Source: Chrysomallon squamiferum (Eukaryota; Animalia; Mollusca). Taken from it: a DNA stretch of 64,000 nucleotides. Positions 13,256 through 38,837 of the stretch are shown one piece after another. Within the stretch, counting starts at the first letter, position 1, and each line of letters starts with the position of its first letter. Made by a program: the position numbers and the translations under genes. Location: NCBI GenBank assembly GCA_012295275.1, contig CM022672.1:13764001-13828000 (forward strand). The letters are read 5' to 3'. The notes under the pieces are model-generated. The model saw only the letters and a program-made list of their open reading frames with translations, was not told where the DNA came from and did no database searches.

Positions 13256-13605
13256 GATGTCTATTTTTAGCTTTACTAGTCTTCTGAGTTCTGATTGGCT
13301 AATTAGCTTCCTGAGTTCTGATTGGTGGCTCCAGCAGATGGTATCGAAACAGCAACCACTACAAAGAAGAAATTAAGTCATTCAATTCAAAACGTGCCTG
13401 ATATTTAGAAAATAATCCGACAAAGTTGAATTTTAGCATAAGTTTTTAATTTTGCTTTAAGATTGGTGGCTCCAGCAGATGGAACAAACTGAATAAACTC
13501 GAGCATCAATGCTTAGCAAATATCATCTAAACAGCAACCACTTTCTGTCGGATATGATCAAAGAAAAAGAAATGAAAAATGATATAACTTTCTGTCATTT
13601 AATAC

Positions 13606-13709
<104 letters not shown>

Positions 13710-13847
13710 CAGTCTCCTCGACTATAGTCTCTATTCCTTCACTAAATTAACCTCTAAAAATATCATCTAACATTTTTTTTTAATTATATTTTTGTGCATA
13801 ATATACACATTTCCCTCTCTATTTACAAATATCAATCTACTGGGTGT

Positions 13848-13884
<37 letters not shown>

Positions 13885-15479
13885 TTTATCATGAATATAC
13901 TTCTAATTTAAATGACATGCTTCTAAAAACATTTAGTCATAGTTTCTATGTAGATATATAAATCCGAACTGGTTGAGTACATTTAACAACAATGTGATCG
14001 TGCAGTTTGATAGACAGTAAGTCCATAATAAATACATCGTCTTATTCACTTATCGTAAACCCCAGAACATGCTACAAAAGTAATTGGATATACATCAGGT
14101 TGGAACGAACGCTTATAATTGGAAACGTAAAGAAACAGGTGAATGAACCCAGGTATTATTAAAGTTTCAAAAAGAATAATAAAAAAATAAAAATAAAAAT
14201 AAATAAAAACAACAAAAGAAAACGAAATGAAATGTTGTTCAAAACAAGAATAATGCGTCACGCATGCGTGGAGATTTTAATTATTAACTTGCTTAGCCAT
14301 TTTTGTTGTGACCTTGTACAGAAATCTCTTAACAAAAATAATAAACTAATATTTATTCTTTCTCTCTCTCTCTCTCTTTTTTATTATTCATACTTTTCCC
14401 CATTTCTTTTCTTTGTGGCTTTCAAATGACAATGCTAAACAGAGAGACGCTGAACAGCATTGTGGATGTAGATTAAGATGCTTTTATCGTAGAAATTCGA
14501 ACCTCGATACACAATGAACAATATATATATATTTATACATACACACTTATATTCAGTAAACAATATTGTCCTTCATTCATTGTCAAGAAAGAGAACGTAT
14601 ATTACATTATGTACGGCTCAACAACAAAAAATGTACCCGGAGTGATTTACAACGGGGAATCAGGTATTTTCACTTGCTAATAACACATATCTATAGCTTT
14701 GTAAAATCTATGTTTCCGTCTGCAGTTACAAAAAGAAATTCACACTGGTTCGCTTTCATATATTGTTGTTGTCCATGTTCACTGGTCAGCTAAAGAATCC
14801 AGTTTAAGTCAACAGTAACACACGATAATTTAATTTCGAAAGTAAAAAAAAAATGAAGACTCGGGATTTAGATAAGAAATGCATTTTTGTATTTTTTGCA
14901 CTTAAATAAACGGTCATACAATATAGTATATTAATAATAATACAAACAGCTGGATCAGTGATGATGCTGGTATAGTTGGTGGTAGTGGTGTGGTAGTAGT
15001 AGTAGTGTGGTGGAGGTGGTGATGGTGGTGGTCATAGTAGTAGTAGTAGCTGTTGTAGTAAAGTAACAAAACTGCAGTTCTCACTGAAATTTCCTTTTGT
15101 TTGAAAAATCGTTTGAATAAAAAAAATAAAAACGGATGCAGTCGGGAAAAAAAATGGTTTTGAGCGAAACCTTTTTATAGACTATTTCTTAATAAAGATG
15201 AACAACAGCAAACAACAACAGCTACAACAAAATAAATAAATAAATAAATTAACGTAAAACATTATTGTTAAATATAGGAGGACAAACAAACACCGATGAA
15301 CAAAACACTGGTGACCCGTTTAATACGGCTCTGTTTTGTACTTAAAGCCATGTTCATACGACATTTCTCTGTAGGTTTGTCTTGTAAGGAAAGTAACCTG
15401 TCAATTTTCCACTTTTTAAAAAAATGCATTGCAACTAAAGTAACTGGTCTGTATATTTCAATAGCAATAGTAATAGGAT

Positions 15480-15594
15480 CTGTTGATTTTCATATAACTT
15501 TGTCATCTGAGTTAAGTAACTGTTAGATTTTCATATAACTTTGTCGTATGAGTTAAGTAACTGTTAGATTTTCATATAACTTTGTCATTTGAGT
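15480..15594. repeat. Minisatellite, ~41-bp unit x ~2.8
   Basis: The unit CTGTTAGATTTTCATATAACTTTGTC(ATC/GTA)TGAGTTAAGTAA is repeated head-to-tail. Confidence 0.9.
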
Positions 15595-17667
15595 GATTTC
15601 TTTTTTTCAAACGGTCCCCAAACCCCAAAGACAGAATAAGGGAAATTATACATTTTTCTACACACAGATAAAGTATTAATCTGCACTGTGTGCGCTGTTT
15701 GTTACCAGCCCTCGCAAAGGCCTCCACGAATTGTTCATCAAAGATCTGGCCAGGTTATGAGTTGCATCTAAAAACATCTCCTCAAGCTAGTCCATAATTT
15801 TAGCCTTATCAGAAACCATCGCATCGTAATAATGTTGTAACGAAAGGTTTGACTAATAATACCTGATAACCTTTAATATAGGCAACGTACTGATGTGTTA
15901 TTAATCAAATGCTTATATATTTACATTTCGTATTATCATTACACTGAGGAACTGCTAATGAAGGTAAAGGGTATGAAGGTATTGCAAGCTAAACTTCGTT
16001 CTTTCATTTCTTGATAAACCACTGCGTAATAAATATTGAGTTGATGAATATCCCGATGTAGATTTTTCTGAGGATGTCAAAATATGTTTTGTGGTTATTC
16101 TTGCTGTTTTTGTTATTGTTGTTCGTCTTATTCTTAATGTTGTTTTTATCGTTGTTGTTGTTGCTACCTCGAGATTTGTATTTACTATATAAAATCGACT
16201 AATTCATCTCAGATAGCTTCCATTCATAAGTTCTCCTCATTACAGTATTATTATTATTATTAATAGAGGTTGTTGGAAACAACAATAACTGTCGCTTTTA
16301 TTGTTACAATCGCCTGATAATGAATACGTTTATCGAAAAGCAGATATTAATGCTGAACAACTGCTACTAGCCATGAAGCTTTGGTTGGAACAGGAAATAA
16401 CACATAAATAACTAATAATGAAAGTTCACGTAACACAAAGATTTACATATAAAAGTTGAAAATAACATTAAAATTGCAGGTCAGAGAAAAAATGTGTAAA
16501 TATATATTTCAGTTATATAATTTTATATCTTAAAAATTCCTACTTAGATTGCAATATTCTATAACGATAGTTATCTGTCTATCTGTATGTATATGTGTGC
16601 ATGTATATATGTATATAAATATATATGTGTGAGGATGTGTGTGTATATGCAGACATATAATATAGATCGACAGATAGATTATATAGACAGACGGACAGGC
16701 AGACATACAGACATATAAATATATCGTTACAGAAAACTGAACGGTGTGAAAGTATCTATGAGTTTTGTTTAACAGAATCTTTAGCGAAAGGCACTTCGTT
16801 ATGCTCTCCTGGGCACCTGCAGATTTGTACACTGCGGCAAATTCTGGAGACTATTTACTGCATTACAGACCTAAATATACGAGCTTTTAAATGAACTGTA
16901 TTAACCTTCGGTCTGCTTTATAACTTTAAGCTGACAGTTAACAAATAAATGAAAGTCGTAAATTTAAAATTACACTTTTGTTGTGAATAATTAATGTCAT
17001 TTAAAGTTAATGGTAACAGCGACGCACAAATTTATTTATTTATTTATTTAGAAACTTGTAATGGATAAACGATGGTGGTAAATGTACACTTACACTCTTG
17101 TGTGTGAATATGGAATCAGCTTATGGTTAATGAATAAACACAATAAATAAGCTGAGATAAAATAATAATAATAATCTTTTATATCATTAACTAAGATATG
17201 TTTTTTTTATTATTTTGTGATCAGCAAAATATATAAATTGAAATGGAATTATATTATTTTATTTTATTTTGTTTGTTTATTTATTTTGTATCTCTGTTTG
17301 TGTGTGGCAGAATATATATTAATATATATATATGTAATCTTTACATATTTTCTGTTTATTTTATTTATCTATTTCTTTCATTCATTCCTGATATGTTAAT
17401 ATAAATGTATGTGATGTGACATTTACAGAGACGTAAACTATGTAAGGTTTAAGATATTTGATATGTGTCAACCCTTTATCTTTTGCTTTCATTCATTCCG
17501 AAATATATACACACAAGTACGTGATGTAGCATTCAGAAGTATGCAAACTATTTTAATATTTGATGTGAAAATACATCCTAGACATATTCATCACTTTTGT
17601 TTTTATTCCTTAAGAAATGGAACGGGTGATATGCAAACATTACACGGATACACACACGCACTCATTC

Positions 17668-17700
<33 letters not shown>

Positions 17701-17957
17701 AACATCAGTTAATGAATGGAAAGAAAGTAATGAATAGATCCAGGATATATTTTCGTATCAGATACATACAGCCTACATACAGAAGCGTCATTCATATACC
17801 ATTCACACGCACTTGCCGCTTTCTATTAATAGGCCTGTTCTATTCTAAATAAAGATTCGTTATTTTACAAAAATCTGTTATCATAATATTAAAATCGTGC
17901 GACTGTGGGGAGAAGTAAGTTGGAAAATTCCCATTCAAAATATAACGTGTCCCCCCT

Positions 17958-18129
17958 CAGGGCTGTCTTAACAGCATTACAAACTCCGGAGCCATTACAT
18001 ACACAACCAGAAAAAAATATCTAAATATACTGAGAGTAACCAACTGCATTTATGATGATTGCACGGACACCCTCAGACCAACGGAGCCCCAAGGGTAACT
18101 GCCCAGTGCGGCCATGCCTTAAGACGACA

Positions 18130-18132
<3 letters not shown>
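17958..18132. mobile_element. MITE-like element with CAGGG-type ends (hAT-like), ~175 bp
   Basis: Imperfect TIRs CAGGGCTGTCTTAA (17958-17971) and TTAAGACGACACCT (18119-18132) enclose a GC-richer interior. A similar left-end remnant (CAGTGCAGTCTTAAGGC) lies at about 12960. Confidence 0.5.
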
Positions 18133-18170
<38 letters not shown>

Positions 18171-18412
18171 TCACTGATGTTTTAATAACAGTAATATATT
18201 GTTTATTTATCCATTCATCTTCTTTAGCTGTTCTGACACTCGAGTGTAATTAGTCAAATAATATACAATGTGGTAACGTAAGAAGCATGATTAAAGTATA
18301 ATTAAATAACTACGATTATATAAATAAAATGGTCTGTCAACATCTGTGCTTTAATCTTAATAAAAAAAAATATATATATATATATTTCTTAAAACCGACA
18401 GAAAATATTTAC

Positions 18413-18479
18413 CTGTAATTAACAAAGCGAACCGTTTCCAAAGCTGAGAAACATCTCTGCCTTTAAGCATTCCCGCCAT
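18413..18479 (-). CDS. Candidate first coding exon of the SOD-repeat gene (MAGMLKGRDVSQLWKRFALLIT)
   Basis: ATG in strong AAAAATGGCGG context, an open 22-codon frame ending in a basic-then-hydrophobic stretch typical of the start of a signal peptide, and a good donor CAG|GTAAAT. I could not join it in frame to the 13255-13149 exon with confidence. Confidence 0.45.
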
Positions 18480-18646
18480 TTTTGGTTTCGCCGTGTTATT
18501 GATATCATGCACTCAGAATCAGACCACAGACCAGTGTGTAACAGCCGCGACAGTAATTACTATCTTCGCAGATTATGCATATATGAATCTCTCCAAGGTC
18601 CAGTAAACAGCACATATTAGCCATACGAAATAACTGTCGACGAATG

Positions 18647-18863
18647 TACACTGCACAAAAAAGTTAAGGAACATCAAATATTGTCACACCTGAAACAACA
18701 TTAACATAACCGTCACGAATAACTGAAATAAAAATAATACTTTTTTTTTTTTTTTTTTTCTACATAGATTTATAGCTAGTATTGAATTTCGTGTACAAAA
18801 ATTATTACAAAGTTAATGACGACTTCGTCGATCCGTACACTTTTTTTTTTTGGGTACAGTATA
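18647..18863. mobile_element. Tc1/mariner-type MITE remnant (~215 bp)
   Basis: The left end TACACTGCACAAAAAAAGTTAAGGAAC resembles the reverse complement of the right end (TATACTGTACCC-A-run-GTGTACGGATC). TA dinucleotides occur at both termini. Confidence 0.5.
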
Positions 18864-19423
18864 CTGCAACAACCCATGCTCTCACTCACTGAATGAAAAC
18901 GCGGCTGGGTCATTTTGTTGTCAGTCGTTTTGTTGACAGCAGTGGCATGTCGTTTACACCGTCTGACATTTCATCGCTTCATTGGCTGACAGCATATTCG
19001 CAAATAATTATACATACAATTTATTGATTCCTAATTAACATCAAAGTGCAAGAAGAAAGTGTTATTGATGTGGGATCAAATGAGCTGGTACATTAACAAA
19101 TGATGCACCTACGTCTGCATATAAGCTCGGCACATGTAATTACAAATTATTTAGTGTAATAACACCATTAAATCAATCAAGCACATCATAAGATGTACAT
19201 TAAATGCACTGATAGATAAATCTATTATTAGCATGGTCCAGCTCTCATTATCCTTACTGATCCAGATGCTGTGTACTTCGATTTTCGGGTGTAAATTCCA
19301 GAACCAAAGAACAAGCTGTATAATAATTAGTTGTGTCAATACCGGTACACAAGTTTGCAAGTACGATCACATCTTAAACAACAAAACAACAACAACAACA
19401 AAAAAATGACAACAGAAACAAAA

Positions 19424-19457
<34 letters not shown>

Positions 19458-20976
19458 GGCAATTTGCATGTAAACAGGCTACTGCATTAGATAAAATGAT
19501 CACATTGTTTTGAAGGCTTAATGAGCAGTGATGCCATGCTGTTTGTAATTACTATATGCAGCTAAATAAACAAGATTATTATTAACATGTGTTGATACCT
19601 AAGTGAATTCACCCGTTTACGTTTAGTTTCGAAAACAGAAGTCTGCATTAATACGTATGGCGCACATTTTACATTATCTTATTGTACAGAGCGACGTAAG
19701 AAACGGCAATGTATCGAACTTCCTTAAGCAAATTAATAGAAGTATGTATCTATGTATATATGTAAGTATGTATGTACGTACGTATGTATTCAATGCTTAA
19801 ACTACAACAATATGATTCTGAATGATGTGAATACATCACGAGTCTCTATTTTAGGACAGTTACGATTACGTCATTCCTGTGGGAGAGAAATATCTGCTCG
19901 TTTATTGTATTAACAAATATAACTCGTTCTACAAGTAAGCTATACATTTACGCAGATAAACATCTCCAATGTGGGATATGGGGATCACAAATGAGCCACG
20001 ACTGTGCTTATATGACAGTGTTACATTTAAATGTAATTGATAATACACAAATGTAATTAGTGAGTTATTTTACAGTATTTTACACATTCTTTAGAAACCA
20101 CCATTGACGCATTGAACCGACAACAAAAATATTTCTGAAAATTATACAATAATTCGTTATTGGCCTTAATTTTGTAATTACAGGGAAGAAAATTATAATG
20201 ATCTTGTCGATAGTTTTTTTCATTTGTATTTCATGTTAAAAACTGTCTATCACTGATATTATTTATAGCGGTTACTGCCATCTCTCCTGTCCTCAGATAC
20301 ACACCTAACTGGCTGTCATCCATTTATTTGTTTTTCTATTAATATTTTTCTAATGATGATTAATTTTAATCCTTTACTAAACAAAACCATAATTTAATAC
20401 ACATTTTCGTCCAGTAATTATTCTTAAAAATGTCTTATTCACAAACTTCAGTATTTCATTTACCTGCAATAACAGTGTTATATATGAAGTCCTAATAATA
20501 TTAATACGTAATCTATAAATACTATAATTATTTTAGTCTTTACAAGGAGCTGCGTGAACTTAAAATTGGCAATGTTTAAGGTAACCTATTTTTTTTTTTT
20601 TTTTTCGTATTAGTCACTGTCAGTTAAACTACATTCATTTTGTTATTACTTCGTCTTGTACGACGAACTCTTTACACAGTACATATACAGATTATACAAA
20701 TTAATAATAATAATAATAACAATAATAATAGTAATAGTAATAATAATAATAATAGTAATATAAATAATACTAATAAATAAAATAAATAAATAATAATAGT
20801 AATAATAAATAAATAAATAATAATAATAATAATAATAAAAATAAAAATAATAGTAATAATAATAAATAATAATAATAATAGTAATATAAATAATAATAAA
20901 TAATAATAATAAACAAAATAAATAAATAATAATAGTAATAATAAATAAATAAATAAATAATAATAACAATAATAAT

Positions 20977-21011
<35 letters not shown>

Positions 21012-21063
21012 ATGAATGAATGAATGAATGAATGATTAAATAAATAAATAATAAAAACAGTTA

Positions 21064-21095
<32 letters not shown>

Positions 21096-23640
21096 TAATA
21101 ATAATAAATTCCTCAAATTGTGTTTTGTTACCTCATCTAAGAGTACGAATGAATAAAAAAAATAATTAATAATAAATAACATTCCCCTCCAGTATCATCT
21201 TACTGTGTGGCATATATTAACACATTAATCAACATATGTTTGCAGTAATAAAATTAAAACTCAGAGCAACATGACAGCTACATTGTTTTTAGGGTCAACA
21301 AGAACTGGTACATTTTTAAAAAATATATATTATTTGAAATACATAATTATGTGTCAGTATAGGCATATGAATATGCACGTGTGTATTTATATTGTGTGTA
21401 TTTATATGTGTATATATATATATATATATGTGTGTATGTATGTATTGTGTATATTTATGTGTGTGTGCATGTATATGTTTATAATGTTTGCATGTGCATG
21501 TGTGTTTGTTTATATGTGTTTGTGTGTATGTTGAGTTATTTCTCCTCATGTGAATGATGAATTGGTTTATGAATTAAAATAAAAATTCTCAGGCTGCTTC
21601 AACACAAAAACACAACCGATTCAAAAGTTAAATTAATTTTTTATTTATATATCAACATATTCCTTCTCTTTTAACACTAGAGCATACATTCTCAGTTCAT
21701 CATTACTAAACATTTCACAAAGTATGTGAAACAATAGCAGTAGTAGTAGTAATAATAATAATAATAAAAGTAATTATTATTATTATTATATATAAAATAA
21801 ATAAAACAAAACTTAAATTTCAATAATAATAATAATTTTCTTCAGTAAGTACTCATCAAAGTAGTCTTTTATTTATATTTATTTATTTTATTTGTTTTTG
21901 TAAACTGAACATCAAAGTGTTTTGAATGGCTTCGTATCTGTTTCTTTAATATTGTAAAAAACATTGATTAAATTGTTATATATCTCCCTCAAGGCTAACT
22001 TCACAACTGGCAAAAAATCATAGAAGCAACACTTAAACAAAAGGTACTTTCTAAAACTAGATTTAATTCAAATGAATTGTTTTTTTTGTTTTTGGTATCT
22101 GACTAAGAGACAATTCTTGTAATGACTACACCTGAAGTAAGGCAAATTACAGGTAGATGATAAAAATATTTAATTTCATGATTAGGAATCTAAATACTAT
22201 CATGTCTGCTTGGATAGATGTAATGATGTCTGTGTCTGTGTATGGCTAGATGAAAAGTTCCATAAATGAATGTATGAATGTATGGAATGAATGTATATAA
22301 TTCTGTATCGGCATCTCTTTGTCCCTGTAAATAATGTATGTATGTTCTTATGTATATATGTATGCCTGTATTGTATTGTATGTATGTATGTATGTATGTA
22401 TGTATGTATGTATGTATGTATGTATGTTTGTATGTATGTATGTTTGTATGTATGTACATGCTTAGATGAGACAGAAACAATATATATTTTTATGTATTAT
22501 AAAAATAAACATATAATAAAAGTTTAACTTGATAACAAACTGGCCAATTCATTCTTTTCCTCCACCTTTTTTTCACTATACATCATTACTGGACGTAATC
22601 TGGAAAATTACTTAAGGGTAAAAATAAAAAAATATTGTTTTGGAAAGTGCTGCTTATTAATTGTTAAATGATTATAATATGAATATACCATTATTCAAGT
22701 TTTATTTTTTAAACTCTAACATATATTATTATGCAGCTCATTTATATTTCTTAAAACTTTTTTTTATATATCTATCTACCTATAAACATATATGTATGTA
22801 TGTGTGTATATATATATATATATAGTCTCTACTCAGACAAAGAAAATAAAATTAATTTTGATTAATGTCAAGTAAAATTTTTATTAATGACAATTAAATG
22901 TTTTATTGGTTATATGCTGAAGGTGCATAAAGAATTTAATAGTATTAAATAGATAATTTTATAGAACAGCACTGAACACCTGAATATTGTATCATGGTAT
23001 GCATATTAACATTCTGTTGTGATAAACTTTGTAATCAAAACACTACTTTCAATGCTACAGGTACACTTAATTTCATGAAATGTTCGATTTTATATACATT
23101 TGATTATTATTACTTCATGATGTGTTTATTAACATTGATATCTGACGTGTGAAACAAAAATAAATACTGCATTATATAAATGATTATATATAAACTCTGA
23201 AAGACTGGATATAATTATATATAACATCGCTATGCTGTTAATGTGAAAAAAGGAAAGAGAAAGAAAGAGAGAGTGCAAGAGTTAGCAAAAATTACTTCAA
23301 ATAACTAAATTTCTTTATAACAAAATCTGAATAAATATAGTGATATTTATAGAAATAATTTAAAATAATTCTGAATATAATTTAAAATTAGTTTTCCCAT
23401 ATATAAAAATTTGTTTTTATTATTAATGACTTCCAATAGAATTTTAAACCTATGTTTGAAGTTTGAGTTATATATATTGTGATATGCATTTATGTTTTTC
23501 CAGAAATTAAGAACAATAAAGAAAATTTTATCACGAAATTTTATTGCCGTTAATGTTTTATATCAAAAGATTTAAAGACTGAATCAGTAGGCATAATTTA
23601 GGCCTGTGTCAAGTTATATTAATCTAAATCTTAAAAAGAC

Positions 23641-23672
<32 letters not shown>

Positions 23673-24399
23673 GTAATAATAATGATAATAATAATAAATT
23701 ATTAATACAAAAATAATAATAGTAATAATAACAAAAGTAACAATAAAAAAAAAAAAAAAAAATAAGGACGAAAAGTTTTTGATTTCCTTTTAATAAATGG
23801 TATCTGTGCGTGTACATTGAAAAATGTTATATACAGACTGAAGATAATGTAAATTGTGAAGCATGATTCATAATAAACTGAATACTAATCTGATGAAGGG
23901 AATAACAATTCAGAAAAAGAAAATGCATTTTAATACTGAAGTTCACAAAGTATGTGAACATTTGATAAACTAAAACAATAATATTATATACATTTACAAT
24001 ATTTAAATGTTTGCCATTAATAAAAATTAGTAATATTAATTAAAAAAAATAAAATAAAATAAAATAATAAATAAATAAATAAATAAAAAAAGAAAAGAAA
24101 ATATAAAAAAAAGTCGTGAGTTAACAATTAGAATGTTTGAAGAAATAATTTTAACAAAAAGAAATCAAACAAAAAGTCTGACATAAACATAAAATTATAT
24201 AAAATTTATACTATTTTTTTATTTTTATTAACAATATGAACAATATTAAGAATATATTTATATGTGTGCGTGATTATCGTAGCCTAAAGACAATTATTGA
24301 AACAAGGAATTTATTGCAAACATTTTCTTTTTATGCAAGATCATGAATCAGTTTTAATTATAATGCCTTCTCTCTCTTAATCATGTAAATGCTGAACAT

Positions 24400-24439
<40 letters not shown>

Positions 24440-25871
24440 ATACATTTATAATGTGCAGCATTTACAAGATAAAGACAGAGCAGAGTTTTCAACAAAATAA
24501 TATATCTGTGGAAAACAAAAAAAAAAAAACAAAAAACAAAACAAAAACATTAATACAAAAATAATACAGATAATATGTTTGAAAGCAGAATTATAATCTA
24601 TATCAATCTACAACAAACAAAAAATAATTAAAAAAAAATAATAAAAAAATAATAAAAAAATAATAATAATAAATAAAACAAAAATAAAATAACAACAAAA
24701 GACTAGGACATAACAGAAGAAAAACTGAAATAAAAATCTAGTTAGCTTTCTGTAATTATTAATTATAATTTGATTCTGTCATAATTATTCTTTGGAATTA
24801 AAGGACGTTAAAACAACAGTTAATCCTAAAAAGCAAAAAGCAAAAGAAAAGTGTCAGCAGGAAAATAAGTTGGAATGCGAGTGATTGTAAGCAAGAAGAA
24901 CTTCATAAAAGCTTGTACACACGAAAATGAGAAAGTTCATTTTAATCTCAACAACTTCACACACACAGGAGCATTATCAATCATTTATAACCCCAAAAAA
25001 TAAAATCCAAAACAAGACAGAAATTTTTGTCTGTCATACTACACTTTACGTGACTAAGTCAAGAAAAGACAACTCTTCTTCAGTTTAATTTAACATGATT
25101 CTGGATTATAAATCTTCTACATGTTTCCAAGCAAATGCACTGTAGCATATTTTCAATCAGTAAATGCCCATTTTACTACAACATACACGGACTAGTTATC
25201 TATTATCTGGAATTCATGAACAGTCTATAGGTTATATTGCAACAACATTTATTACATAAAAATTAAACCAAATATTCCTGTGTAAATTCTGCTTTATGTA
25301 AAAAAATAAAAAATAAAAAAAAAAAAATAAATAAAAAAAAAAAATAATAATAATAATAATAAATAGAAAAAAAATAAAAAAATAATAATAATAATAAAAA
25401 AGTAAATAAAAAAAATAAAAAAATAAAATATGAAATAATTTACAAATTCTGTTTTATTAAAGCTTTGTGAATTAGCTAACAAAATGTTTGGTTTGTAATA
25501 CCACAGTTCCCCTTTTTCTTATTTAAAAAGTGTGTACATACTTAAATGAATGGTTCTTAAACATGTGAACATTTGTACATTTTGATTAGAGCGACAACAC
25601 ATACAGACATACTAACATTACTTTCCAAAAACTAAATCTGATTAACATGCAGAGACACACTATACAAAAACATCTTTGTAAAATACCAAATATATTAACA
25701 GTTACAAAAGCACAAAACTTTTGCAAAGCATCCAATATCTGCTTTATACATGTGGCCACTTCAACAAAACTTGTTTAAAGCATCTTCAGATGAGTCTTTC
25801 GATTGTTTTTTTCTTCGTGTTTTCAATACAAATGAAACAAGAACAGTTATCATCTGCATTCACCCCAGCAT

Positions 25872-38224
<12,353 letters not shown>

Positions 38225-38837
38225 GTTTCCATTTCTTTGCGGAGGTCAAAGTCAGAGGTTACCTACAACGTTACAAAAATATATATATAAATAAATAATC
38301 ACAAAAGCTTATGCAAAAAGTATGTAAACTTTGTTATAAAAATTGTACAATATAATTTTTTAATTGGTTTCTATAATGCAGTCAAAGTATAAACGAATTT
38401 AAATAGTTTTCAATAAAGATGTAAGCGACCTGTATTGAATAATTAAAAAAGAAAAAAGACGCCAGTTTCATAAAGCAAATTATCAATCAGAGAAAAGAAA
38501 TAATCAGAAAATTAATTTTTTTCTGTTCATCTAGTGTAAGATAAAAAATAATAAAATTTGTTTACAAAATATTAAAAGAAAAACGGTAAAAAATAATAAA
38601 CGAGTTTTTACATTTTATACCGTTTTATTATTATCTATAGAAAAATGAATACTTGATGGAAAGTAAATATACTTAAGATTGTGATAATATTAAAAAGATT
38701 GTTTTTCTTTTTTATTTGTCTTCTCGTCTATTCAGTCGAAAAATAAGTTTTCACAAACACTTACGGGTTATTTCTGTTTTGATATTTTATGCAGATGCTC
38801 CATTATTTGTGGTGGAAATTCCTTGCTAACAAACACC
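38225..38837. promoter_or_regulatory. Probable bidirectional promoter between GPAT3/4 and ATP5ME
   Basis: Divergent start codons with only 613 bp between them. CpG dinucleotides are locally more frequent than in the flanking gene bodies. Nuclear-receptor half-site array AGGTCA-AAGTCA-g-AGGTTA at 38243-38261. Confidence 0.7.

Noticed and set aside
15480-15594. Regularly spaced repeats as a CRISPR array
   Set aside because: The units are head-to-tail with no unique spacers, there are no cas genes, and the context is eukaryotic.
15680-15870. Coding-looking stretch upstream of the supported SOD exons
   Set aside because: Frames are interrupted by stops and I recognised no domain. It is possibly a decayed transposon fragment.
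16790-16885. Possible extra SOD-gene exon (EFAAVYKSAGAQESIT)
   Set aside because: It loosely resembles a first SOD beta-strand and has a phase-compatible AG, but the pyrimidine tract and donor are weak and the resulting signal peptide is poor. It cannot be supported without transcripts.
19151-19360. 69-aa ORF vaguely like a DIRS-type RNase H segment (IEVHSIWISKDNE)
   Set aside because: The similarity is too short, catalytic residues are absent, and there is no adjacent RT or recombinase sequence.
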